DNA of 64,000 bases from Flectonema sp. DT1601 (taxonomy: Eukaryota). The stretch is taken from positions 496,001 through 560,000 of the forward strand of contig OZ025796.1 in the NCBI GenBank assembly GCA_964019425.1, read 5' to 3'. The notes below the pieces were generated by a model. That model was not told the DNA's origin and ran no database searches. It was given only the letters and a program-made list of their open reading frames with translations. Positions 1 to 12,000 of this stretch are shown here, piece by piece. The translations under genes were made by a program, and so were the position numbers. Position 1 is the first letter of the stretch. Each line of letters begins with the position of its first letter.

Positions 1-3000
1 AATTCTGATCTAGACCAAGAGGTTATTGATAAACTTACTTCTGATGTTGGACAGCTCAAATCCCAAATAGCGAATTGCAGTACGGAAGAGCAGAGAAAAG
101 AATTACAAAACAGATTAGAAGAGATTTCAGGACAAGTCTCATCAAAAGAATTATTTAGCGGATCGGCGACGGACATAAATTCTTGGAAAGAGTTGGCAGA
201 AAAACTCCTCGATGAGAATAATGTTCTAAAGCAACAATGTGCTCAATGGAGATGCTTTACTTGTAACGACAACACTAACGAATCAGATTCCCAGTCCTGC
301 AACACTTGTGGTGCTGCCAGAGAAGAAGTAGATATTCCAAAACTTCGAAGAGATCTCGCTGATAAGATCTCACAAGTCTCAACTCTCACTCAGCAGCTAC
401 AAGAATTCGAACAACAAACGTCTTCTCTCAAAGAAGAAGCTGATTCTCAACTTACTAAATTAACCTTACTAGAAACAGAAAAACACGATCTCGCTCTCAA
501 ACTCGAAGAAGCAACTACAGCCAATGAAGACGCCGACGTTGCTAAGGAAGTTGCCCGCCGACTACTCAGAGAGAAGAAAGAGCTTCAGGTATCTATTTGT
601 TATTTCTGTATTGTATCAAAACATCGTTTGCGGTGTTCATATGCAACACAATTACCTCCTCAAATCTATAATATAATAACCACCAGGAGGAGCTTGATGA
701 ATCCACACAAAATCATACGTCAGAAACGGAAGATTTACAAAAAAAGATCGAACAGCAATTACAAGAAAGTGAGGAATCCAAGTCGGAGTTGTCTCAGTTA
801 AAATCTGACTTGGAAAAGGCAATGTCACAATCGCAATCAAGTGAAGAAGTAATTAGTTCTCTAAAACAACAACTTGACAAGGCAGGAACTGATGAAGAAG
901 GTCTCGTAGACCAACTCAGATCTGAAATCGAATCTCTTCGAAAATCATTAGAAGAACTCAGAGAACAACATGTTGACCTAAAGACTATTTCAGAAACTGA
1001 TAAGGAACTCATTACTTCTATTCAATCACAACTTGAATCTAATGAGGAGTTGATTTCTTCATTGCGTTCACAATTAGAGGAGGCCAGCAACTCCGCTAAC
1101 GACACAACCGTAGCCAAAGAACAAATCGAATCCCTTCAAAAACAACTTGAAGAAAGCAAAGAAGAGAACCAAACACTGCAGCAAGCGAATGACTCCGCTG
1201 ATGCTTCTGAAGAAGTTATTTCACTCCAAAAACAAGTTGAGGAACTGCAAAGTGAACTGCAAGACGCCTCTGCGAACGCACCCGAGGAGCAGCTTTCTCT
1301 TCAAAAGCAACTCGAAGACACTCAAACAGAGATGCAATCACTGCAGTCTGAATTGGAACAGATAAAGAATGTAGAAGGAGGTAGCAGTGACTTACAAGAA
1401 CAAGTTCACTCTCTTCAAAAGCAACTCGAAGATCTTCAAATTGAAAAAGATGCTCTGCAATCTGGTGGTGATCAGACAGGACAGAGTTCTCAAGTAATTA
1501 ATCAACTTCAAGAAGGGAATACTTCCTTGACGGAACTCTCAGAAGGTGATTCGAATGTTATTAAAGTTCTCAAAGATGAGATTGAAGAACTACAACAGAG
1601 TAACGAGTCTTCCAAATGTCGTATCGCAGAGTTAGAGGGAACAGATCCTGACAGCGAGTTGTCAGGTCTACGTGAGGCAAACGCAGAGCTACTCAGTGAG
1701 AATGAAAATCTCCAAAAATGTATTTCTGATCAGCCTGGGTCACCAACAAGTAGTAATAAGAAAGAGTTACTGAGAGCTGCATTGAGGAGCTTATCAGAGT
1801 CGGCTTTGAAGTCTGCTTCTGTAATTCTCACAAGTAGAACTGAAACAGATGTTGAAGAAGAGTTGGTATCAGAAATTAGACGTACTTCTGAAGAGGTTGA
1901 CGGAATCCTCGGAACTTACATTGAGACGGGATCACAAGAGCAAGACCTGTTTGAGAGAGCGCAAGCACTACAAACACTTCTACAAACTTTCCCAAAACAA
2001 GTATCACAATCAGACGATGCTGTCTTAGATGCTGAATTCTACAGACGTCTTAGTGTTAAACTAGACAACAGTACATCATCACAAAGTAATCAACAAGATG
2101 ATGAGACTGTTGTTGACACCTGGAAGGAAGTTTCCAGAAGACTACTCAACGATAAAAAGGAATTAGAAGACCAAAATGAGAATCTCCAATCGGATCAAAT
2201 AGCGAAGGAAGAGATCGTAAATGACCTCCGTCGACAACTTCAAGAACAGAGTGAATCTCTTAATAATAACGCTGATGAGGCAGCTTCTCAGAGAATCAGA
2301 GAACTTGAACAGAATATGGCTTCTCTCAATGACTCTATCTGTGAACTGGAAGATGCTCTTCAAAAAGAGCGAAAGACAAAAGAAGAAATGTCAACTCGTG
2401 CTGATCGTGACCGAGAGAATCTACTCCAAAAGCTTGCAGACAAGGAGGACGCTTCAAATCGAGAAGCGGAGGAGCTGAAAGATATAATTCGTCAAAGTGA
2501 TAAAGTTAATGACCCGGAAGTGATTGAAATCCTATCCCGTGAGAAGGCAACTCCTCTAGAAATTCGTGAAGTTATGAAAACTACGTCCATCGTTCATCCT
2601 GCTGAAGACTCTCAGCGAGAAGCTATCTCCTCAGCACTGCAGTCGGAAGACCTTTCTGAAGAAGAGCGAAAGCAATTAGAGTCAGCGTTAGAGAACCCTG
2701 ACCTAACTCAAAATGATCTTCACAAGGTAATGGTAGCTAATGGAATTGAAGACCCTGCAGAGGTAGCAAAACAAAACGAACTAAAGCAGAGGATTGAAGA
2801 AAAACTCACCTCTGAAGACCTCTCTCCGGAAGCCAGAGCTGCCCTTGAAGAAGCAGTCGCTAACCCCGACACTTCAGTGCAAGTATTGGAGCAGACTTTA
2901 GCTGAACATACTTTTGAAGAGGAGAGTCAGACATGGAAGGAAGTTGCTCAGAAATTACTTTCAGAAAAACGAGAATTAGAGAATGCCTTAGCAGTAGCTC

Positions 3001-6000
3001 AACAACAACCTGGTTCTTCAGAAGTTGGCAATGTTGAAAAAGACGATGATGAGGAAACCTGGAAGGAAGTTGCTCGCCGCCTTCTCAACGACAAGAAGGC
3101 TCTCGAAAGAACTCTTCAAGAAATCCAACAAAATGAGAACCTTCCAGATGACATCAGACAACAAGTTGATGAGCTGGCAGGTCGAATCGAACAGGAAGCC
3201 ACGGCAGATGAAGCGGAAGAACTGCAAAAAACCTTTCAAACTGTTGCGAACTCCAGGCCTTCGATGTCGGGACTAACAGAGGAAGACCAGCAGGCAATCC
3301 GAAGACTTTCTCAAATGGAAATAACTTCTGAAAATGCAAAACAGAACCTGGACGAGATGAGATCAGTAGCCACCTCTCTACCACCTGAGGCGACAACTTC
3401 CCTTCCTCAAGCTGTTCAAGAAGACCTCGCTCTTCAGGCTGAGAAGTGGAAAGAAACATCGAGAACACTACTGGCTGAGAAACAAGTTTTATTAGAAGAG
3501 AATGCGGAATTGAAAAGGCAACTTGAGGGAGGTCCAGTTCGATCCCCTGTGGAGACCCTACCAAAAAGTCCTGAAGATCGTGATGATGCCATGGAGTTAC
3601 TGGTTGATGCAAGTCGCAATAGGGATTTACCATACGAAGTACAACAGCAGATTGATGTTCTGCAACAGAAGTATTCTTCAGATCCGAACTCCGTGACTGA
3701 CGTTGAGATCCAATCTGCACTTGAGAACCTTCCACTGACTGATGATCAGAGAGCTTCAGCTATTAATACACTCCAAGGGAATGGAGTTGATGTACGTTCT
3801 GATATCTCTGACTCTGATCTAAAGACTGCAATGAAACTTCACCAAGTTCAAGTTCCCCCAACCGCAGCTGACAAACAAAAAACTCTCGACAGCATCTCCG
3901 CCTCTATTGGAAACGACCCAGATCGATTCCCTCCGGAAGTGCATTCTCAGCTGGAGGAACTGCACGGTAGGCCGATTGAAATGGTGACAGACTCAGAGCT
4001 ATGTCAATTATTGGGAAGTGTAAAGCAACACTCTGAATTGGAAGCTAAGGAAATAGAAAAGGTAGCAAGTAGTGAAGGTCCTATGACTTTAGAAGAGAAG
4101 GAGGAAGCACTTCAAAATATAAATGAGGAACTCAATAAAAGAGGTGAAGAAATTCCATTCAACGACAAGGAACACTTGTCAACACTTTTATCAAAGACTC
4201 CTGGAGACTGTACGGAAGAAGAAATTCGTCATGCTGCTAGACTCCTTTCACCAAAGAAAACGATAGAAGAAGTGCTCAGATCAGTACAGGAAAGGGAAGA
4301 CTGTAGTCAGAATATGAAAACTGGTATTGAAAGACTGATATCATCGAGAGGAGTTGAGGAGTTTAGTCAGATTGTTAATCATCTTTTATCAAATCCAACG
4401 ACACCTGATATTTATAAACCTGATTTAGAATCAATCCTCGCAGGGACGAGTAGATCATCAGAACTCCAACAGCAACTTTCTCAACTCAAAGAGTACATCG
4501 CAACCAACACTGACTCCCTACCATCAGATCTAACAGATCGCAATGAATTCATACAGGAAGTTGCTTTGATGAAGAGTGCTTTAGTTGACGTGCAGACAGA
4601 AACTTGTAACCTACTGCAGGAACCTTTGGCAACTTCAATTTCTGCTGTTGTTTGTGATGAGTCACAGTTAGAACCAATGCCGTTGGATGAATTAAAAGAA
4701 AGACATAAGAGTGCTCATGGGACAGTAGCAGCTGTACTAGCGGATGACGAATTGGTAGAAAAACTTTCTCCAGAACTTCAAGAAAGACTTCAGAATGTCT
4801 ACCAAGACTGTAATCGTGAAGAAGAAGAAGATCCTGAAGTACTGCAGCAGCAAATCGATGATTTGTTGATTGCCCTCGCTCAGGTTCAAGACTCCGCAGC
4901 TAATCCTCACCTTCCAGATCACCTGCAACAAATGTTAAAGAACGTTCGTGATAATAAAAAGAGACCAACAACCAGATCTCAGAGAGCTGTTCAACAAATC
5001 TTATCAAATGATAAAATGTTACGCAAGCTGCCGGCTGAATTACGTGAAAAACTTCTTTCAGTAAAAGACTCCGATAATGACACAGAAATAGAACATGTTC
5101 TGGAACAGCTTAGTCCTCACCTTCCGGATGAACTTCAGCTGCTTTCAGCTGTTGATGAACTTCTAACTATCCCACCTGTTCTCGCAACTATCCCAAGTGA
5201 ATTACTTGAGAAAATTATTACTGTGATGGGAATCTCTAAGTCTGAGATAGCTAGCAGGTTGAATTCTCTTCGATCAAAACTTGCGATTGAAGAATCCGAC
5301 TGCGCTGAGCAGTCAGACCTCTCTGACTTACTTAAAGAGCTTCAGTCTCTCAATGATAAGATGCCTGAAAACATCAGCCTCTCAGCTATGACTGATGAAC
5401 AGAGACAAAAGATTGCCTCTGCGATGAATGCTTCTCCGGAAGAGCTTCGAAACCTTGCTCACACAGATCCAGAGCTTTATGCAATTGTTCAAAGTAAACG
5501 CCGATTAGTTTCATCCATCGCTCCTCACTTAGATCAGCTTGACCCTGAAACTAGGAAGTCTGTAAGGGAACTCATCCAGTCGGGAAATATTACCGAACAG
5601 GCTTTAAAAGATCTTCAGATTCCTGAAGAGTTGTTCACCGGAAGCGGAGGTTCAGAAGACGTTTTATCAAAAATAGATGCCCTCAACATATCAGATGAAC
5701 GTCAGGTATCAACACTTAGGTCTGGTTTAGCTGCTGCTCTCTCTTCTGGAGATCCTCTTCCTGTTGATGTCGTAAATGAGATTAAAGAACTGTTGGCATC
5801 ACCACACTCGAAGGAAGATCTTGAGAGACTTTCTCAAAAGGTTCTCAGTTTGAATGTTATTTCTGACCCACTTGTGGTGGCAAAACTATCCGGTGTTAGT
5901 CCCGCAGCTACCTCTCCTTCAGAAGTTGCTACCAAACTAAGTTCGTTGCAGAAGTTGTCAAGAGCTGAAGAGTTCTCCTCCTTGCCAATCGATATTAAGA

Positions 6001-9000
6001 ATAAGATAACTGACTTGTTAAAAGAGTGTGAGGGTTTAGAAAGACCAGAGGGTGATGAACATATCCAAAACCAGATCGATGACATTTGCAGACAAATAGA
6101 AACCGACAGCGATGTAATGAAATTATTACTAACAACTACAGCAACTCAAAGAATCCTATCCGGGGTTATTGGAGGTTCTTCACATGTTCGAAACCCTGAA
6201 CTCAGTCCTTCCGATGTTGATTCTGTTCACCAAGAGCTCGCTGCTCTTCTTTCTGATGGTGTTTCGAGTTCAAAGCTTCCTGCTGACCTTCGTGATCGAA
6301 TGTCTAAGGCTGTCAGTTCGAACCTCTCTGATCCCGTTTTATTATCCGAGTTGTGTGCTGAGATCGTCGGGATACCAGAACTTCAATCCGATGCTGGAGT
6401 TCAGAAGATCAAGGAAATTATATACAAGAAATCAAGTGAAGAATCAGATGCTTCAACTGACTGTATTTTACAAGGATTAGCATGTGTGTTGATGGACTCA
6501 GTTCTGGGACAACAACTAACTGAAGAACAGAAATCAGAAATTACTTCACTCATAGAAGGATTTGATAGTTCACAACCTGAGCAGGTTGAGTCTCTTAAAA
6601 ATTTTGCCAGCCAACTGTCATCGCAACTGACTAACGCACCTCTCGACTTGATAATGGCATTGGAAGGGAAAACAACAGATATTCGAATTCCAGTTTGGAA
6701 AAATATGTTTCAAAAGTGTCAACTCGACAAGGCCATTCAAGACAAGGTGATGGCAAGAGAACGTGCTGGGTCTGTAACAGCCTTACAAACAAGAGAGTTG
6801 GATGCATTACAGCAAGGGTTTGCCTCTGTGTTGTTCAACGATGATGCCAGAAAGGAACTTAAAGAACAACAGTTGACGGCCATCACATCCATCTTTGAAC
6901 TCGACTCTGAATCTCCTTCTTCTGATATTACAAAGTTTCGCACTGCTGCTGCAACTGTTCTGTCGGATAACGGAGTCACACAACACCTTTCTCAGAAAGA
7001 ACGTTCTGCTTTAGGAAGTGGTACCGTCTACAGCCTTTGGAAAAGTCTTGTTAAAAAGTTATACCACGAGAAGGGTATTTCTTCAGCATCACAAACTATC
7101 AACGAAGCAGTTGAAGCAAAACAACTACAAGAAGCTCTAGGTGCGTGGTTAGTCCAGGAAACAGCAGAAGACAATCCTCTAAAGACTGATGTTGAGAACC
7201 TACTCGCATTAGGTGACGAAGCTTCGATAAACGAACTTCGAATTGCTGCTGCTAAACTAAAACTTGGAGGTGAAGGAGTTCCAAAACAGATTGAAAAGTG
7301 TTTACAAAACTCTGATACCTGGAAACATGTGACTTCATCAGTTCTATCAGAGAACGCAGAACTAGAGAACAGTCTTGTTAGAGAAAGAGCTAATTCACAA
7401 TCTGAAATGAATCAGTCAATCGAAGCATTGAAAACCTCATTAACAACAGTCCTACAAACTGCATCAGATCAGCTGACTGATGATCAGAGAAAAGATATTT
7501 CTGAAAGCTTAACCAACACGACTACACCTCAAGAGCAATTATCCAATCTGCAGGCATCCGCTCAGGCAATCACTATCCAAGATGCGGACTTAGCCGAAGC
7601 ATTGCAGAAAGGGTCTGACACTTGGAAAGAAGTTGCGTGCCGACTTCTTGACGAGAAGAAGACTCTTGCCAGTGATATAGTTCTCTTAAAGGCTCGTCTT
7701 GGTGAGTCAGATGATTTAGAAACACAACCTGACAAGGGTGCGGTATCTGAGTCAGGAATATCTGAGTTGTCAGCGTTGGTTGGTGAGAAGCGTCAAATGG
7801 AACAACAGATTGAAGAACTGCAGGCAATTATTGCAGGCGGTGGTGAAAACTGGCAGCAGATAGCAGAGAGACTACAACTTGAAAAAGATGATATGGAAAA
7901 CCAACTGAACTCCGTGACATCACAATCTCAATCACAAGACCAACAACAAGCTTCTCAACTACGACAACAACTACGAGACTTGCTCTCATCTCCTGAAGGA
8001 CAATTAATAAAAGATGAACACCGTAAACACGTTGAACGACTAATCAACGAGGGTTCTGACATTGTAACCCTCAGTGAAGCACTTGCGACAGCGAGAGCGA
8101 TTGCAGGTATGGATTATTTTATTTTATTTTATTTTATTTTATTTTATTTTATTTTATTACTTCAACATAACTCCATCATCTAACCTACAATTAAATACCA
8201 TCAGGTGTTAAAAGAGATGACTCCATGAGTCAATCATCACCAATTAGATGTAAAGAAAGAGTAACAGAACTCGAAGGATCAATTCATCAATTACTTGGTG
8301 CTATTACTGACTTAGAAGGTGATCTGGTTCAGTCATCGAAGTACAATGCGGCTGTTGATCTGCAACAGTTGTTAGCTGAGGCTGCTTCTACTGATGGACT
8401 TGATCAAACGTTAAGAGATCAGTTGAGTAGTTTATCTCAGATTCCTCTTTCTAAAGACCCGTTAGTTTTGGAAGGTCAATTAGCTGAATTGAAACTAATT
8501 GCAAGTACACTACCAGATCATCCGTTGCTGAACTCAGAACTGAAAGATGCGATCCGCATGACTTGTTCTGCATCACCACTTCAAGCATCTGGTATGCAAG
8601 ATTTACATGAACACGTCTCTGGTTTGAAGTCAGTTCTGAAAGGATCTGAAAGCACTCCACGAATTGACATCCTAAAACAAGCAATCACACATGTTGTTGA
8701 ATGCAAAGCTGCATTATCACAATTACCTGTTGAACTTCAGAGACAACTTATTGAATTGTGTGACGCAGAGGCACATCTTTATTCTGATACAATTTCTCAC
8801 GCAACTACAACGACAGGAAATGCTATGTCAGACTTGGAACAACTTGTTAAAGACAAAGATAAGCAAATATTCAAATTAGAATCAACTCTCCTGCGGAGTA
8901 CTCTGTCGGGAGTACCAGAAGAGATGCAACCACAGGCTCAGAATCAAGTTCATGATCTGCAAATGCAAAGAGCGGCAAACCTTCAATCAACATTGTCAGG

Positions 9001-12000
9001 ATGCTTATCTTTGGGAGCTTCTTCACTCCCTTCAGCAGGTCTTAGGACTCAAATCCAACAACTAGTCTCTAAAGACCTGAGTAGTATGGATACCCAAGAG
9101 TTACACGCAGTAACAGGTTCACTTAAGGCTGTGTGTCAAGCTGTTCTAACTAGCGGGAATGCTATTCCTCCAGAAATTGAAGCCCAGCTCCGCGACTCAC
9201 TTGAATCTTGCCAACAACCCATCCTGTTTGATTCCGTGTCAAAAACACATCTGAAACAACCGCATGGAATTTTAAAAAAGAAGACAGAAAGGCAAGTTGA
9301 CTTTAGCGACAAGTTGTCAGTTTCAACGAATGTCACGAACGGGGGTGCGAGTGAGAGTGAACTCGAGTTCATTGAGAAGTTAACTCAGAAGGCAAACGAT
9401 TACGAGAATGCCTGCTCGAGTGTCTTGGCTCGTTCAGAGGCCGTAAAACAACTACCACATCAATTAGTTAGACAGATGGCTGTCTTAATAGGACAAGATC
9501 CATCTTTATATGAAAACATTAGTGTGGCGGGAAAGACTAACATTCAAATAACTGAAGACACGACTGATGAAGAAATCGTCATGAAGTTAAGAGTTAAGAT
9601 AGCAGAACTTGAACAGCATGCGAACTCCCTGGAAAGTCAGTCTAGACGAAGCAGTGATGTTGTTGAGAGAATGCGTGGACTATTAAAACATCCTTCACTA
9701 CCCGATGAGAGTAAGAGGTTGATAAGTAGTGCTATTGCATCAGACGCAGCGATAGTGGCTTCTAGTACTGCCCAAGCAACCTTCAAGAAAGAGGGAGGTC
9801 CTCAAGAAGGCAATATCTCAGTCTTTCCTTCACGTGTACTTGATTTAGAGTCTCAAGTAAGTGAACTGACTGACGCTCTAGCATCTGTGTTACAATGCAG
9901 GGCATCTGAACAACTTCCTGAGGCCTTACGAACAAGGATGTCAAAACTTTGTTCTCATAGTAATTCTGATCTATCACTTCCAATTGGAGAGCGTTTCGTA
10001 CAACTACAGAGTGCTGTGAGTCAGGTAAAGAATACATCAGCTTCAGATATGCTTCCTGAATGGTTATCACTTCGTCTTGATCGTTTAATCCAAGAGTCAT
10101 CTTCGGATACAACAAATGTTTTATTAAAAACTATGGAAAGACTTGAGCAGAAGATTACTCGTCTCGATGGTAGTGACGCTCGTACAACGAATTTAATTGG
10201 AGCATTGAAGTCTGTTCAAGATGGTTCTCTACCTGAAGATATTAGACGAGCATTAGATGGAGTAATCCTCGCTGATGTCGCTGCTGCTCAACGACTTCTA
10301 ACTGAGTCTGAAGCTTCAACAGCAGCATCTGCTGGCGCCTCTCCTGGAGAAGCAGGTGCTGCAGCTCTGAGTGCACTTCTCCGAGCTCTTGAATCTCGCA
10401 TTGGGTCATCAGAAGGAACAGCTGTTCAATTAGCTGAAGCTTCTACTTCAGCATCAGGTTTATCAAATGCTGCGGGTTTGTAATTATTTATTTACTTCAA
10501 TATTTTTCAACTCTAGGTGGATCCTTTCTGTATTTCTTAACGAGTTAATCAACAAGAGAAGAAACAACACCAAACAGGAATAATCGGACCGTGCATGAAC
10601 ATTGTAGCGACTTACACTCACGATGCATTGTCAGCAATGAGAAAGACTAATGGTCTAGAGAAGGCCAGGGAATACATCTCCACAGCGAGGCAAATTGCAG
10701 AAGCAGCTGCGCAGGCCTCATCAAAGGCTAGATCCGTTTCTGCTGCACTCAGCACAAGTGCTCATTCGAACACATTAGTTCCAAGTGACTTGGGAGTGTT
10801 AGCCAGTAGATTACACAGCTGTACGAAGGAACTTCCTAGTGAATGCACAACACAGGTTTCTGCATTTATTAAAGAAATGAGAAAGGCTTCTGTTGATGGC
10901 GTAGATCTTAACAGAGAACTGTTGCTCAACCTTTCACGTGAAGCCTCAACCTTAGCTGGACATTACCATCCGACTGAAAACGGACAGCAGACTGTCAGAG
11001 TTGCACCAGCGCTGTACAGCGCTCAAGAAGTAAGAAGAAGTGCTGCAGAGATGAGGGCTTCAGGAGCTCCAGCTCCTGCGTCATCAGCTTTGGACGAAGT
11101 TGCAATAATGCTCGAGACGGGAGATACGAGTAGAGTCCGTAACCTGACTTTATCATCTGGTTCTTCAGTTGTACCACCACAACAACAACAAGATCAGCAG
11201 CCGAACTTGAAGGGACCTGAACTAACTTCAGCTTCAGCAACGACAACAACAACAGTTAATTCAGCTGTGGCACTCCCTGTTAGGGAAATTCTGAAGCAAG
11301 CAGACACTACTAGCCCACCAGAGTTAAAGTCATACATAGCATCTCTTGTGACTAAGGCTTCTGGAACTGTTGGTATTATTGCTGATGGTATCTATAGGAT
11401 GAGTTCTGACGCTGACGAGGCTACCAAACCGTTGCTCACAAATATTTTAACTGCTTGTGATCAGCGTACTGCTAACCTCAGTTCTGGGATGTCTACACTA
11501 CTACGATCTGCAGTGATTCAGAGTGACAGTCAGGGTGGAAGAATACTACTTCAGGCATTAAAGGAAGCTGATGACAGGTTACAGAAACTTGAAGATGGAT
11601 GCACTAATGCCTTGTGTATGCAGGGTGTACCAACAGTCTTAAGGCAAAAGTCTTTCGAAAATATGCAGCAGTGCGATGGAACTCTACAGACAGCAGCTAA
11701 GGTTGCAATCATCGACAACAGTCTTGCGGAACAAACAAAGAGTGTTATCAGAAGTAGTCTACACAGTGGAAGTGTTGATGTTGCTATCGAAGCAGCTCTG
11801 ACATGTCCATCACTTAGTAGAGGAACGAGATCAATACTTCAAGAAACACTAACAAGGTTTAGATCTAAAGATAATCATTTTTTAAAAGACTTAAAGATCC
11901 CATGTTGTCATGTTCTCATTCCTTATACTGTGAGGACAGCAGCTGATGAAATCTTCCCCATCTCAAAAGATGTGTCGTCATTGTTAATGAGTTCACTAGT

